From positions 1,426,001 to 1,490,000 of the forward strand of contig NC_135882.1 in the NCBI RefSeq assembly GCF_964194155.1: a stretch of DNA of 64,000 nucleotides, given 5' to 3'. The notes under the pieces were generated by a model. The model did not search any database. It was given only the letters and a program-made list of their open reading frames with translations, and was not told where the DNA came from. The DNA comes from Cetorhinus maximus. Taxonomy: Eukaryota. Below, piece by piece: positions 1 through 12,013 of the stretch. The position numbers and the translations under genes were made by a program. Position 1 is the stretch's first letter; each line of letters begins with the position of its first letter.

Positions 1-1219
1 CGTGACAAGGGCCAGGGCAGCATGTAATGACTTGTCACTGATTCAAGGACAGGTGTTTGCCCCAGGGGAGCTCCCACAATGTAACTTAGGGAGCGTTGAT
101 TTGGTGAAACATTAAATTGTTAAATGTTTTCAGCCACATTATCCCTGTGCTTTTAACACTGACTGAGTTTGAGGCACCTAACATCCCTTGAGGAGTTTTT
201 TCTTCCAAGAACTGTAGTTATACAGTGCATTAAGCTAAAATAATAGGTAATGTTAGTTCTGATTGACAGCCTTGATCTTTTTAATTAAGAAAAACTGTTA
301 CACTTATATCATCACTGTAGGACATTCTCTTTGTTTAACTTACTGACTTAATTGTATATTTCCATCACCCTGTGGGGTGTGGGGTGGATGTTAAGGGCAC
401 AGTGTGAAAGAAAGTTAATGGCTTGGAATTTGTGTTTGTAATGATGATGAAAATGTCAGCGCTCGCCTTCATTACTGTGCAAAACTGGCAGCAACTTCTG
501 GTGCTGCACATGTGCAGTTAAGCGCGGAGATGCAGGAAGTTGCTGTCACTGAAAGCCTTCTCCTCTACATGGTACCCTCTTACAATCTTTGCAGATCCAA
601 TCAACACAGAATCGCTGATTTGAAATGAACTTCAGCCTCTTGTTCATTATTCTCACTGCAAAAAGCAACAAAAATGCTGAGCCTTGTTGAATGAAGTGTT
701 ACTGAGTTTTTAATGTTGTACTAAGTTATAACTGCTGCCGAGCAACCACTCTGGCTCTGCAAGTTAATTTGAAAGTGTGGACTTCCATTCCCTCCATTCT
801 GATATTTCATCTTGTACTTTAGTTACACAGTTCTGATCCTTTCTTTATTTTTTCTTGCAATGTGAGTTACACAGACCAGGCTACATCAACTATCACTAGT
901 TCCCTTCAGAGCATGGGTGGAGGTGCGATGCACAAAGGTTTAATTTATAGATTTCGTTTAGCTTAATTAGACCCTAGCCAGCATTGTTCCAGTGTAGGGC
1001 ATCCTGCTCTGTAATAAATGATGATATGCAAGGGTATAAGACATTGACAACAAAAGCAAGAAGAACTGCTGTCTTGGTCAGAGTTCCTTTTGTGCCAAAG
1101 GATTCATGGCTACTTTTAAAAAAGCAAGACGAAGTCCAGTGGAATAGGACTGCCCTGTCTGCCACCTGCACTCCACACCACTGGCCAAAGATCTAAAACC
1201 TGACTCTGAATGAAACCAA

Positions 1220-1905
1220 GGGCTGAATTTTATGTCCTGGGGGCGTGCGCCCTAATGACCCGATTGGGTGTAAAATCATGTGAGAAGACATTGGGCGAGC
1301 ATCCCGACGTTATCGTACATTCGTGCGATATTTCGCTCAGCGGGCACATGCAAAATTTGTAGGCCTGCCCGCCGACAATTAAGCCCATTAACAGCGCAAT
1401 TGTCTCCAATTTTTTGTGGCCTGCCCAATCTTACGGTTGGTGGATGGACGAATCGGCCAGGCGGACTTTGCATTTTTCATCAAACCTCATCCAAGGCTGG
1501 GATGAAATTTCCATTATGAAATAAAATAAAAATAAATATCTGTGGGCAGCATTTTTATCAGCTACATTTTCAGGTGATTGATTGTGATGCATGGACTTTT
1601 TTTTTCAGCTTTTAAAACCTTTATTTGATGATTTTCAGGTCTGCAGCTCCCTGAGACAGCCGTCTGCCTTCAGGAAGCTTTCTCGCAGCGCTCACCCGCA
1701 CTCACGACGACATTGTCGCCCGCCCTCTTCCCACCCCCACCCTGGCAGCGCTGAGCATTTCTGCGCACATTTCATGCTGGCTGGCTGTTAATTGGCTGGC
1801 CGGCATGAAATTGTGATCGGGGACCGATTTGCGGTCGGTGGTTTGTATCTCGACCGCTCCTGGGCCCACCGATCGGGTGCACCCGCCAAAGGTAAAATTC
1901 AGGCC
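1220..1905. mobile_element. Non-autonomous Harbinger/PIF-like MITE (family M1, copy 1)
   Basis: TIRs gggctgaattt / aaattcaggcc (1 mismatch), flanked by a 3-bp TSD caa. Internal similarity to 25620-26295 and 22768-23091 (ttacggttgg, aaacctcatcca, ctccctgag..cagc..tgcctcagg). Confidence 0.75.
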
Positions 1906-2109
1906 CAAATATTCAACTGAGGCACAGAGGAGCTTCTGACTAAGGTGGCCACATGTGGAAAGCTGCAGCTGTTGATGTATTTACATTAATTTGCTTGGGA
2001 ATGATTGGATTTAGTGTTTCAGCAAGGTGTTCAATATGTTTAGATGTTCACCAGTCCTTGATCTTACAATATAATAAGAACTTGTTTCTCAGTGATGCTG
2101 CTTTATAAC

Positions 2110-2470
2110 TTAAGTGATCAGCAACAACAGAACCTTGCATTTAGATAGCGCTTTTACTATGGTAAGAACATCCCAAGGCACTTCACAAGTATTATTGAAC
2201 AAAATTAGAAGCATGGCTGCCGATGATGGAGCAATTAAAATCGGGAATGCACATGTGACCAGAATTGGAGGAGGGTTGCCGGACTGGAGGAAATTACAGA
2301 GATAGTGAGGGATGGGGCCACAGTGAGATTTGTAAACAAGGATGTGAATTTTAAAATCAAGGTGATGCTGGACCAGGACCACTGTTTGTAAGTGAGCATA
2401 GTAGATGGTAATCGGTGAAGAAGACTTGGTGCAAATTAGAAGGTCAGCAGAGGTTGGATGAGCTCAAGTT
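2110..2470 (-). mobile_element. Old L2-type LINE 3' fragment
   Basis: Reverse-strand L2-like tail (ttgcatttagatagcgctttt..acatcccaaggcacttcaca), similar to 63320-63520. Confidence 0.4.
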
Positions 2471-3539
2471 TTAATAAGAGACATAGTGACCACACAACAA
2501 TAAAAAAAATTGCTTTACTTAAATACAGCATAAAAGAGATTGCTTAATAAGTGGCAACGAATGTACTGTACAACAGTGATTTAGTCTAGGTGTTCTATTG
2601 TGTTTCAAAGTGCCTGAACTCCATTCTCGCAGTTTTTGAACGTAACTATTTGAATTACTGCCATCTAACTTATTGAATAGTATTTGCTTCGTGTTTCCAA
2701 TTTCCCCTCCCAGGATGCTGACCTGTGCTTGGGAGTGTCATTCCATGATGCTAGTACCCTCTCCAATCCGTTTTCCAAGTGGCCATTCTTTAATCTGTAC
2801 TGCAGCCAGGCTATGTGACTGTGTAGCTCACCATAACAGAGTCTAATTCTCTCTTCATCCACACAAGTGCACTTTCCACCAAATGATAGGCAATCTGAAG
2901 CAAGAATCCGCACTGATTATACATCTGTCTAACCCAGGCCCACTGAGCCAAGCAAATAAATCTCACTTCTTCAATCAGCACAAACTAGGAATCAAACCTC
3001 TGACTTTCTGGCTTAGTTCGGCTATGTCTTCATTCATCTGGCATTCAGGGGAGTATTGATTGATAAGTTCACACTATTCTGGTGACAATTGCCCTGAGGT
3101 GAAGAATGGAAAGGGGTAATGGAAAAGGTGAAAAAAATCAAAACTTTTGAAATTCATTTTAATCAGCATTAAATGAAAACCATCTCTTTGGAGGCATGTT
3201 GTTCAAATCTTTTGTGCTGGTATATGCCGGTGAAAGCTGATAACCCTTCAACTTGACATAAAAACTCTGTGCTGCTTTGTTTAACTTCAATGAATTCACT
3301 TACTTTAAATATGATCAGGTGCATGATACGGATTTCCTGAAAAACAGGGCCCTGATGCTGGTTGATTGTAGATGTCACTGAAGAATATAAACCATATGGA
3401 CCAGCTGTGAGATCTCAAAATGGATCTCGATAAATTGGTATTTGGAAATATTATTTTTGCTGTGTTTTGTTTCAAATATGTTTTTCATTAAAACATTTTA
3501 TATCAAGAGGCCAATCAATAAAAAGCAGATTACAAATCA

Positions 3540-5010
3540 CCACTGAGGTTTACAATACTGAAGGAGGTCATTTGGTTCATTGTCTATCTGCTGGCTCTTT
3601 GGAGCAATCAAAATCTAATCCCTTAGCTCTGTGCTCTCCCCATAGCTCTTTCTTCTTCTGTTCAAATATTTATCTGCTATTTCCCTAAAAGGTACAATAG
3701 TCTTTGCCTTAGCTACTTCCTGTGATAACACATTTGGTGTTTCAACAATCCTCTGTAATGGATTCTCCTGTCCCTTCTCTCCGCCCTGTGATCATTTTAA
3801 ATTGATGAACCTCATTGCTAACTCCCCGCCAGAGCCTTTTCCTATTAACTCTGTCAAAACTCTTCTATATTTGAAAAAAAACTTCGATGAAATCCTCCAT
3901 CTGCTCTCAGTTCCAGTGGCTATAGACCCAGTATCTCAAGTGCCTTCTCATGACAATAGATTCCCATCCCAGGCACCTTCCTGGTGAGTCTACGCTGTAC
4001 ACCATAGACTTAATGTCCTTTCTATAATATGTGCGCAAAACTGCAGTCACCAACTATGACCTAAGCACTATTTTGTATAAATGTTTTATTTCTTTACTTT
4101 CGTACTGTATATTTCTGTTCATAAAGCCCTAAATTCTATTGCCCTCCGCATGGCTTTATTTACCTGTAGTCACATCATGAAGTTTTTTTATTCATTCATG
4201 GGATTTGGGTGTCATTTATTGCCCATTCCTAATTGCCCTTGAGAAGGTGATGGTGAGTTGCTTTCTTGAACCACTGCAGTCCATGTGGTGTAGATACACC
4301 CACAGTGGTGAAATTATGATTTGAATTCCTAGATTTCTGTTCATCCATGGCCCTCTGTATCTTCCCATTAAGTGTAAACTCCCAGTCCTTTTTCCTCCCA
4401 AGATGTATAACTTGCACCTATCCACATAAAATTGCATCTGCTATTCCACTAACCTGTCTGTGTCTTCCTGAAATCTGTCTCAGTCCCCTCATTTCTCATC
4501 CCCCTACTTTTGTGTCATCAGAAAACTTTGATTTGTTGTGCTCTTTACAGCCAAGTCCAAGTCATCTGTTTATGTAAAAAACACTGAGGCAAAACTGGAC
4601 TCAGCACTGACCCCTGAGGCGCGGCACTTCCAACCCTTCAGTGATCCAAACACCCATTTGCCTAACCCTTTGTTTCTTGTCTGTCAACCAAATTTCTATT
4701 TGTCGCTATAGTTACTCTCATACCAGATGCCTGTTTATCTAATGAGCCTCTTGTTAAACAGCTTATCGAGCACTTGGAACAGGCTCCAGGGGCCAGATGG
4801 CTTACTCCTGCTCCCATTTCCTATGTTCCTATCTCCTCAAATCCACATTGAGGCTCTTATGATGCACTCCCAATATCCATTCAGACCTTAAAAACACCCC
4901 AGTTTGTCAAGCATGACTTGCCAATGCTGTTGTCCTTGTCTAATCCATGTGTTTCTAAATGCTTACTAATTTTTTCTTGCAGTTATGGATTTGAAGAGTT
5001 TACCTACAAT
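3540..5010 (-). mobile_element. Old degraded CR1 fragments, interrupted by a LINE-B 3' fragment (~4186-4310) and a short + strand CR1 tail (~4775-4830)
   Basis: Reverse-strand CR1 RT/3' motifs (tttgtgtcatcagaaaacttt, cagcactgacccctgagg, tttgtcaagcatga). LINE-B tail ttattcattcatgggat..attgcccatt..gcccttgagaaggtg. Confidence 0.5.
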
Positions 5011-5659
5011 GGAAATACAAAGCTTACAAATATTTAAATAACAATTGGTCTGGGTAGAAGCATGTTTCCCTTTAAATTGACCTTGCACTGAATTTTGCAT
5101 TGATGATGTAGTGGTGTATATTCTCAACACTGCATTTACAGGAGGGCACTTTTGTGCTGTAGCTTATTATGTTTCAGGGTCAGGGAGAATATGGGTTGGG
5201 AGAAGTAAACTTGCAGGAGTGCTTGGAGTTATCGCATCAGTATTAGGGGTGCCTTTCTGTACTGCAGGAGACCAATGGGGCCGCACTTACATTGGCATTA
5301 ATCTGTCTGTCCCTCTACAGGGGTGTACTGGGTTTGTGAGAGGAGTCTTGTATTGGCTTCAAGGAAGTGGAGGTCTTGACAGGTGCCATAAATCACACGC
5401 TTTGACCAGGATATTTCCCCACTGGTGCTTATTCCACATGGTTGTGGGGGATTGTTGTATCTTCTGCTTGTCCGTGCTTCACATCCCTAGGTCTATGGGA
5501 ATGTCAGTGCTGATCAGGACATTTGTGGCATTCCCAATCCCTTCATAAAATGTTTGGATGCGGCAGCAGGACCATGAAGTGTACACAAACATGTCACTTG
5601 GGTTACAGCTTTTGCAGCACTTATCCACAGTGAGGTGGGAAGGGCCATGAAGCTTCTGT

Positions 5660-5905
5660 GTGGCCTATTTGGCCCCTCGAGTCTGACCTGCCATTCAGTA
5701 AGATCATGGCTGATCTGATTTCCACTTCCTTGTCTGCCCCCCCATACTCTCGACTCCCTTTTAGCTAAAAAAAATCTCTCCAACTCAGCCTTGAATATAT
5801 TCAATGACCCAGCCTCCACTGCTCTTTAGGGAAGAGAATTCCACATATTAACCCTCTGAAAGAAGAGATTCCTCTTCATCTCCATCTTGAATGGTAGACC
5901 CCTTT
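5660..5905 (-). mobile_element. CR1 3' end (non-inverted part of a 5'-inverted copy)
   Basis: ORF 5514..5819 reads EAGSLNIFKAELERF, the CR1 ORF2 C-terminus, followed by CR1 3' UTR (gatcagccatgat..gaatggcag..ctcgaggggcc). Confidence 0.8.
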
Positions 5906-5961
5906 GAAAATGTTATTTTATTGTTATTTATTTAAACTTTATTAAAATTATACTTACGCAA

Positions 5962-6652
5962 AATAAGAGCTCATTGTGTAGGGGGTAACATATTAGCCTA
6001 GATAGAGGATTGGTTAGTTAACAGGAAACAAAAATGGGTCATTTTCAGGTTGGCGAGATGTATCGAGTGGAGTGCTACAGGGATCAGTGCTGGGGTCTCA
6101 GCTATTTACACTTTATATCAATGACTTGGATGAAGGGACCAAATGTATGGTTAGGAAAGTAAGTTGTGAAGAGGACATAAGGAGTCTGCAAAGGTACATA
6201 GGTTAAATAAGCGGGCAAAAAATTGGCAGATTGAGTATAATGTGGAAAAATGTGAACTTGTCCATTTTGACAGGAAGAATAGAAAAGCAGCATATTATTT
6301 AAATGGAGAGAGATTGCAGAACTCTGAGGTACAGAGGGATCTGGGTGTCCCGGTACATGAATCACAAGAAGTTAGTGTGCAGGTACAGCAAGGATTAGGA
6401 AGGCAAATGGAATGTTGTCGTTTATTGCAAGGGGAATGGAATATAAAAGTAGAGATGTTTTGTTACAGTTGTACAGGGTGTTGGTGAGGCACATCTGGAG
6501 TACTGTGTAGTTTTGGTCTACTTATTTAAGAAAGGATATAAATGTGTTAGAAGCGGTTCAGGGAAGATTCACGCGACTGAGAGTTGGGATCGGGGTGTTA
6601 TGAGGAAAGGTTAGACAAGCTCGGCCTGTATGCACTGGAGTTCAGAAGAATG
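5962..6652 (+). mobile_element. CR1 RT fragment (inverted part)
   Basis: GVxQGSVLG-like motif (ggagtgctacagggatcagtgctgggg), EKCELVHFDRKN, QRDLGV, LEFRR. Frameshifted. Confidence 0.85.
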
Positions 6653-7664
6653 GGAAAGTTCTTCTGGAATCGACTATCAATGAATGTTTCTTCTGCAGCT
6701 AATAAAATTTGACATCTGTGTGATATTTTATGAAATTAAACCCTAATAAGCACATTATTTGTTTTCAGTCAGTTGCCATAGGTGGTAAGCTGTTTTTCAA
6801 TAACCTTTACTACAGTCAAAATTTACTGTTCCTGTGAGATCATTTCAACAGAGAGCTTTAAACAAATGCAGACTTCACTATGTTCAGGACCATATAGACA
6901 GTTAATTGAGAATCCTTTATATACAAATGTGAATGTTTTCTAAAAGCTTCACATGGTAACTGCCAATTGATAATCTACAACTGTAAGGTTGCCGTTCAGT
7001 ATTTGTCTCCCAGCTCTGCCAATTGACTGGAATATTTATTTTCAGAATTCATTATTTTTGTCTAATTTCTGATTAACATTTGTTCTGAGTGTACTGGGAT
7101 ACATTCCCCCAGTACTTTCATGATTTATCATTGGTCGCATTTTTCTTTTTTTAACTGAGACTCGGTACCTTCTCTCTCAGTTCAGACAGTGATTGAGTTG
7201 AATTTTTTCCACTTAGGAGGACATACCAATGCCTTGTCCTCTAGTCTGATTACAGGTGCTCTGGTCAAACTCTTAAGTAAAAGACCACTTATCTGTATCT
7301 GTTGACATTCAAATTCCCCATCAGTACCATGTCATTGATTGTTCCTGGTCCCAATATTATGGTGTTTTCAGCATTGAAATCACTGCTATTACTATATGCC
7401 ATTGTAGATGTCCGCTTCACCTATTGTTTGTTTTGATCTCAGTCTCCAGTAGCTCGGCTATTGATTGGCAGCAGCTTACTTATATGCAAGCATCTCAGAT
7501 TCTTATTATTGCAATTACAAATTGTTATTCTTGCTGAGTCTCATTGCAGTGTAAGATGGAAGAGGTTCAGCATCAGATACTTTCCATTAAATTAGTAACT
7601 TGTGTTGCCTCTGATGTCCTTTTGCACCTTCAGGGCCATAGTAACTACATTGAAAACCAGTTCT

Positions 7665-7925
7665 TTTCACTTGTTTTTGGGATCTGTCCAACACTGGCAA
7701 GGCAACATTTATTGTCCATCCCTGAGTCATTAGTCAGCCACATAATGTGGAACTGGAGTTACAAGTAGGCCAGACCAGGTAGGGTCGGAAGGTTGCATTA
7801 GTTGAAGCAGTTGGGTTTTTATGACAATCTAACAGCTTTCGGCTAGCCCACCAATGACCAGTTTTAATTAATTCAATTTCACAACTTTCCACGGTGGGAG
7901 TTGACCTCATGGCCTACTGGCCCTG
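7665..7925 (-). mobile_element. Old tRNA-headed SINE (family B)
   Basis: Degenerate match to 61841-62216 (gtaggccagaccaggtagg, tttttatgacaatc, attcaatttcacaact). Confidence 0.5.
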
Positions 7926-8794
7926 TGTCAAACCTTTAGACTCTTGTACCCAGGTCTAAGTGTTTTAGGCTTTTTGTTGTTTTTCATCAATGCTCTGATC
8001 ATTAAACATTTGTTTATGTGGTTATTCTTTTGTTGTACTATCTCCTTCTGGATTAATACAAAGGATGCTGAGATTTAGGCAGGCAGAGAGTTTGAACACA
8101 AACCATTAATGGAGACTTGTTGCTTCAGCTTATACGTGCTAGCTGTGCAAGAGAACTGAATTACATGTTATTGCATTACTTTCTGTGATGACATACATAT
8201 TAGCATAAAAATATATTAAATGATTATATTTAACATACACATCACTTATGGTGGGTTTTACAAAAATTCCATTTCCTTACAGCCACCAATTGGACTCATA
8301 TTCTTGGCTTGCAGCTTCTTGACTTGAAGCAGGCCCAACAGCTCTTATATCCAGCAATAACATGTGGTATTTATTTTCTGTCACACAATAATCTCTCTTC
8401 CAGCCATTGAAGTAGCATGATGCGTTTCTGAGCTTGGCACTGCAGGGATAGTCAGTCTTCAGTCTTCCCATCTTCCTGCATCAAACTTGGAGTCCACTGC
8501 AGAACTTTACTTTTGTGCACAGAATGTCAATTTTCTTGGAATTTGTTATCTTAGTCTGTCATCTATCTGGCATTAGTCTACTGGAGCGATAGGCTCTTCA
8601 TATGGAAGGAAAATCTCATATTTGTCTCTTGCAGTATACCATTCAAGAAAATACATCCTGGAAACCAGCCCAACCTTGCTTGATGAATAAGTCAATCAGT
8701 GGGCCAGTCTTTGAGAATTCTCTGCTGCTTTAACTGTTTGGATCCTCCTAGCTATGTCAATGAAGTAACTAATTCAAGCTGGCTTCAAAAAAGA

Positions 8795-9255
8795 AAAAGA
8801 AAGACTTACGTTTGTATAGCACTTTTCATGTCTGCCATACATCTCTAAGTGCTTTACAGCCAATGAAATACTTCATGAAATGTAGTCAATGTTGTAATCT
8901 AGGGAACGTGGCTGCTAATTTGCGCTCAGCAAATTCCAACAAGCAGAAATATGATAATGACCAAATTATCTTTTTTTGCCATGTGGATTGAGGGATAAAT
9001 ATTGACCAGGACACCCAGGGATAACTCACTTGCTCTGCTTTGAACTAGTGCAGTGGGATCATTTATATCCACCCCAGCAGGCAGGTGGGTCCTCAGTTTA
9101 ATGTCTCATCCAAAAAGACGTCAGCTCCGAGAGCGCAGTGCTCCCTCAGTTGTGTAGGAGTGTCAGCTTTGATTTCTGTGCTCAAGTCCTGGAACTTCAA
9201 CCCAGAACCTTGTGATTCAAAGGCACGTATCTTACCAATTGAGCCATGGCTGACA
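8795..9255 (-). mobile_element. Deu-domain SINE (SacSINE1/DeuSINE-like), tRNA head and L2-type tail
   Basis: Reverse strand has a tRNA-like head, a Deu-like core (gatgagacattaaactgagg..gatcccactgcactag..gtgtcctggtcaatatttatccctc) and the tail gtaaagcactt..gtgctatacaaacgtaagtctttc. Confidence 0.75.
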
Positions 9256-10272
9256 CAGAAGATGATAAATGTGTTCAGTAGTGAATTCCAACCATGACAA
9301 AGGAACAGCAGGACTCATCGAAGTCTGGAGATGTGTGACTGGTGGGGGGGTTTGGTGGGCGATGTCCCTATGTTCTTGCTGCTCGTGTCCTTCTTGATGA
9401 AGTTAATTTGGTGAGGCATACGTGGTGCAGTTCATCCTTTAGAATGTGCACGCTGCAGCCACGGTGTAGAGGGTCTGGAGATTGTACCTAATGACAGAGG
9501 TACCAATTCAGCAGATGACTGTGTTCTAGATAGTAATTTCAAATTATCTGAAAAAATGAAAAGTTAACAAATTATAAACTTGGGAACTTCCATTTTTTTC
9601 TTTAATGTAACATTTGGTCATTATTTTCCCTTGGTCTTTGCAAACTTAGGGGTGGTCTTTGCTTCAGCTGCAATTACATCTGGCTCTTGGCTATGAAAGG
9701 GATAACAATCAGTCATGGTTGTTTCCTCCAGATGTCTATTCAGTAACCTTTGTGCAAAAATGTGCATTTGTGGATCTTAGCTGATCAGAGGGTAGTTCTC
9801 TCCATGGTAGAATAGTCTGGCCACCACTGCCAAGCTTACACAGAAAGCCAGCCACTTGGGAGAATTGTCAGCTATTTTAGGATATGATACTGTGGTTTGT
9901 TACAGAAGCTTCCAAACGAGAGAATATTGAGAACACAAAAAGTGAGACATTGAGATAGAACTGTTCTTTATGCAGAGTACTTTTAATTATTCCTCAACCC
10001 CACTCCAAAACACGTAATAGAGACACAAGTCATTCTGAATATGCCTTCCTGAGAACAGATATTTTCTTATGCAAATTTTGCCTCAGAGAACAGATTTGAC
10101 AGGTGAAATGATGAGCTCAAATGACACGATGAGATAATCTCCCACTGGAAACCACTGACTGGGTTCAGGATCACAAAACTCTCTATTGGAAAGCTTTTAC
10201 AGCAAGTTAAATGTCACCTCTCAGGCAGGAAATAATTTGAATATTGTTAAGTTTTTCTAGGAGCGTACTTTA

Positions 10273-10513
10273 TGTAGTATAAGCGTGTTCGGCATAGCAA
10301 GGGTTAATGTGAGACTGGAGAACAGTATCACCAATAGTATGATGTAGAGAGATACATGACAGTAGACAGAGTTGTATGGAGAGAGCCAAGGAGTAATCAG
10401 CATGAAGTTAGCTCCTAGTTTGGAATATACTTTGTAAATAGTTATTTATTACCAATAAACACTGCTGTTCAACCTTACAAGCCTAATGAATAAACCCTTA
10501 AACTCTTATAACA
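10273..10513 (+). mobile_element. Possible short solo LTR
   Basis: Begins TGT(AG)TATAAG and ends CTTATAACA (imperfect inverted ends). Two AATAAA near the 3' end. Flanks ttta/tttt give only an imperfect TSD. Confidence 0.35.
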
Positions 10514-10887
10514 TTTTCGAGCAAAACAGTGTCTCTAGTGCGCTCTCCCCCACACCTGCCCCACCCCAATCACTTCTTAAAGTATTGCTCAATACTGGAT
10601 TATCAAACTCAATTAAACACAAGTTGGCAGCAGTCATGACTAGCCCAGTAAGGCTCCCATACTTCTAGTTTTTCTGTTTGTCACTAAAAGGATTAGTTTA
10701 TAAGGGAATAATGTGCTTTGTCTCCATTCAGTATCACCATTACATGCTGACATATGGCATTTGCATCCATTGCTTCTAGACAACAAATTACATGGTAGTG
10801 ATGATTGATCCAGTAACCATACTGAGCAATTTACAGATTGAGCAGTGCCCAGTATAGATCTGTTTTAACAAAGTCCCTTTTTAAGTA

Positions 10888-11039
10888 AAAACAAAAATAC
10901 CTGGAAAAACTGTTATGAGACATACGGCCTCGAAATGTTAACTGTGTTCCTCTTCACAGATGCTGTCAGACCTGCTGAGCTTTTCCAGGTATTTTTGTTT
11001 TTGTTTTGGATTTCCAGCATCCGCAGTTTTTTGCTTTTA
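10888..11039 (+). mobile_element. Penelope-like mini insertion (short inverted arm + pLTR end + tail)
   Basis: aaaacaaaaatacctggaaaaac is the inverse of ttttccaggtatttttgttttt. Tail ggatttccagcatccgcagttttttgctttt. 14-bp TSD tccctttttaagta (10874-10887 / 11040-11053). Confidence 0.85.
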
Positions 11040-11398
11040 TCCCTTTTTAAGTAGTCTAAAAGTTTTGTGTGGTTAACTGATTATGATGGTACCTGTAGTG
11101 ATCTGAAGCCTGGGCCCAATACACTCTGCTTGTGTGGCCGGTGTGATGGCCTCTTGTCATTTTCATACTTAACGACATTTTGGCACAAACAAAGGACAGG
11201 AATCATTTTGGAATGTGTAACAATTCAGGGCAGCAAAGCAGGGAAGATAGGATCCTTTCAAATGTTGCCTCTCTTCACCACATTCATTACTGCACGTATC
11301 CCTAAGGGGAGATTTCCCAATTGTTCTCTGTGAATATAATTTTGTTATTTATTTTACAAAATGGTGCATTCTGGTTCACATAAACACTTCTATGCATT

Positions 11399-11865
11399 GT
11401 GGTATTGTCACTAGACCAGCACTCCAGCGACCCAGGGTAATCCTCTGGGGACCCGGGCTCGAGTCCCACCACAGCAGATGGTGAAATTTGAATTCAACAA
11501 AAATCTGGAATAAAAGTCTAATGATGACCATGAAACCATTGCCGATTGTTATAAAAACCCATTTGTTTCACTAATATCCTCTAGGGAAGGAAATCTGCTG
11601 TCCTTAGCTGACCTGGCCTACATGTGACTCCAGAAATACACTCACATCAAGAAGAATTATAAATAATCTGAGCAAACATTCATTAGTATCCACTTATCAC
11701 AAATCCATTTGTTAGTATGATCAACACATTTAAATCATTCAACAAGGAAAGAAACACACAAATGTGGTTGACTTAAAAAATGCCCTCTGAACAAGGGCAG
11801 TTAGGGATGGGCAATAAATCCTTGCCTAGCCAATGACGCCCATAACCCATGAATGAATAAAAAAA
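11399..11865 (+). mobile_element. tRNA-headed SINE family B with a ~125-bp internal insert
   Basis: B-box-like gggctcgagtccc; body agggaaggaaatctg..ctggcctacatgtgactccaga; tail agggatgggcaataaa..catgaatgaataaaaaa, shared with the LINE-B 3' end. Confidence 0.8.
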
Positions 11866-12013
11866 GATTAACTTAACTTTAATCTCAAAATACCTACTCA
11901 AAAAGTGACAATTGAGCAATCCATATTCAACAAGCTAACCAGCCCATCACTTATAGATTCATAGACGTTTACAGCACAGAAGGAGACCATTCGGCCCATC
12001 GTGTCTATGCCGG

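Noticed and set aside
420-830. Possible MITE (ggcttggaattt start; internal inverted cagcaacttc / gaagttgctg)
   Set aside because: No matching right TIR or TSD found by eye.
11399-11475. tRNA gene
   Set aside because: A tRNA-derived SINE head continuous with SINE body and tail; no intact cloverleaf.
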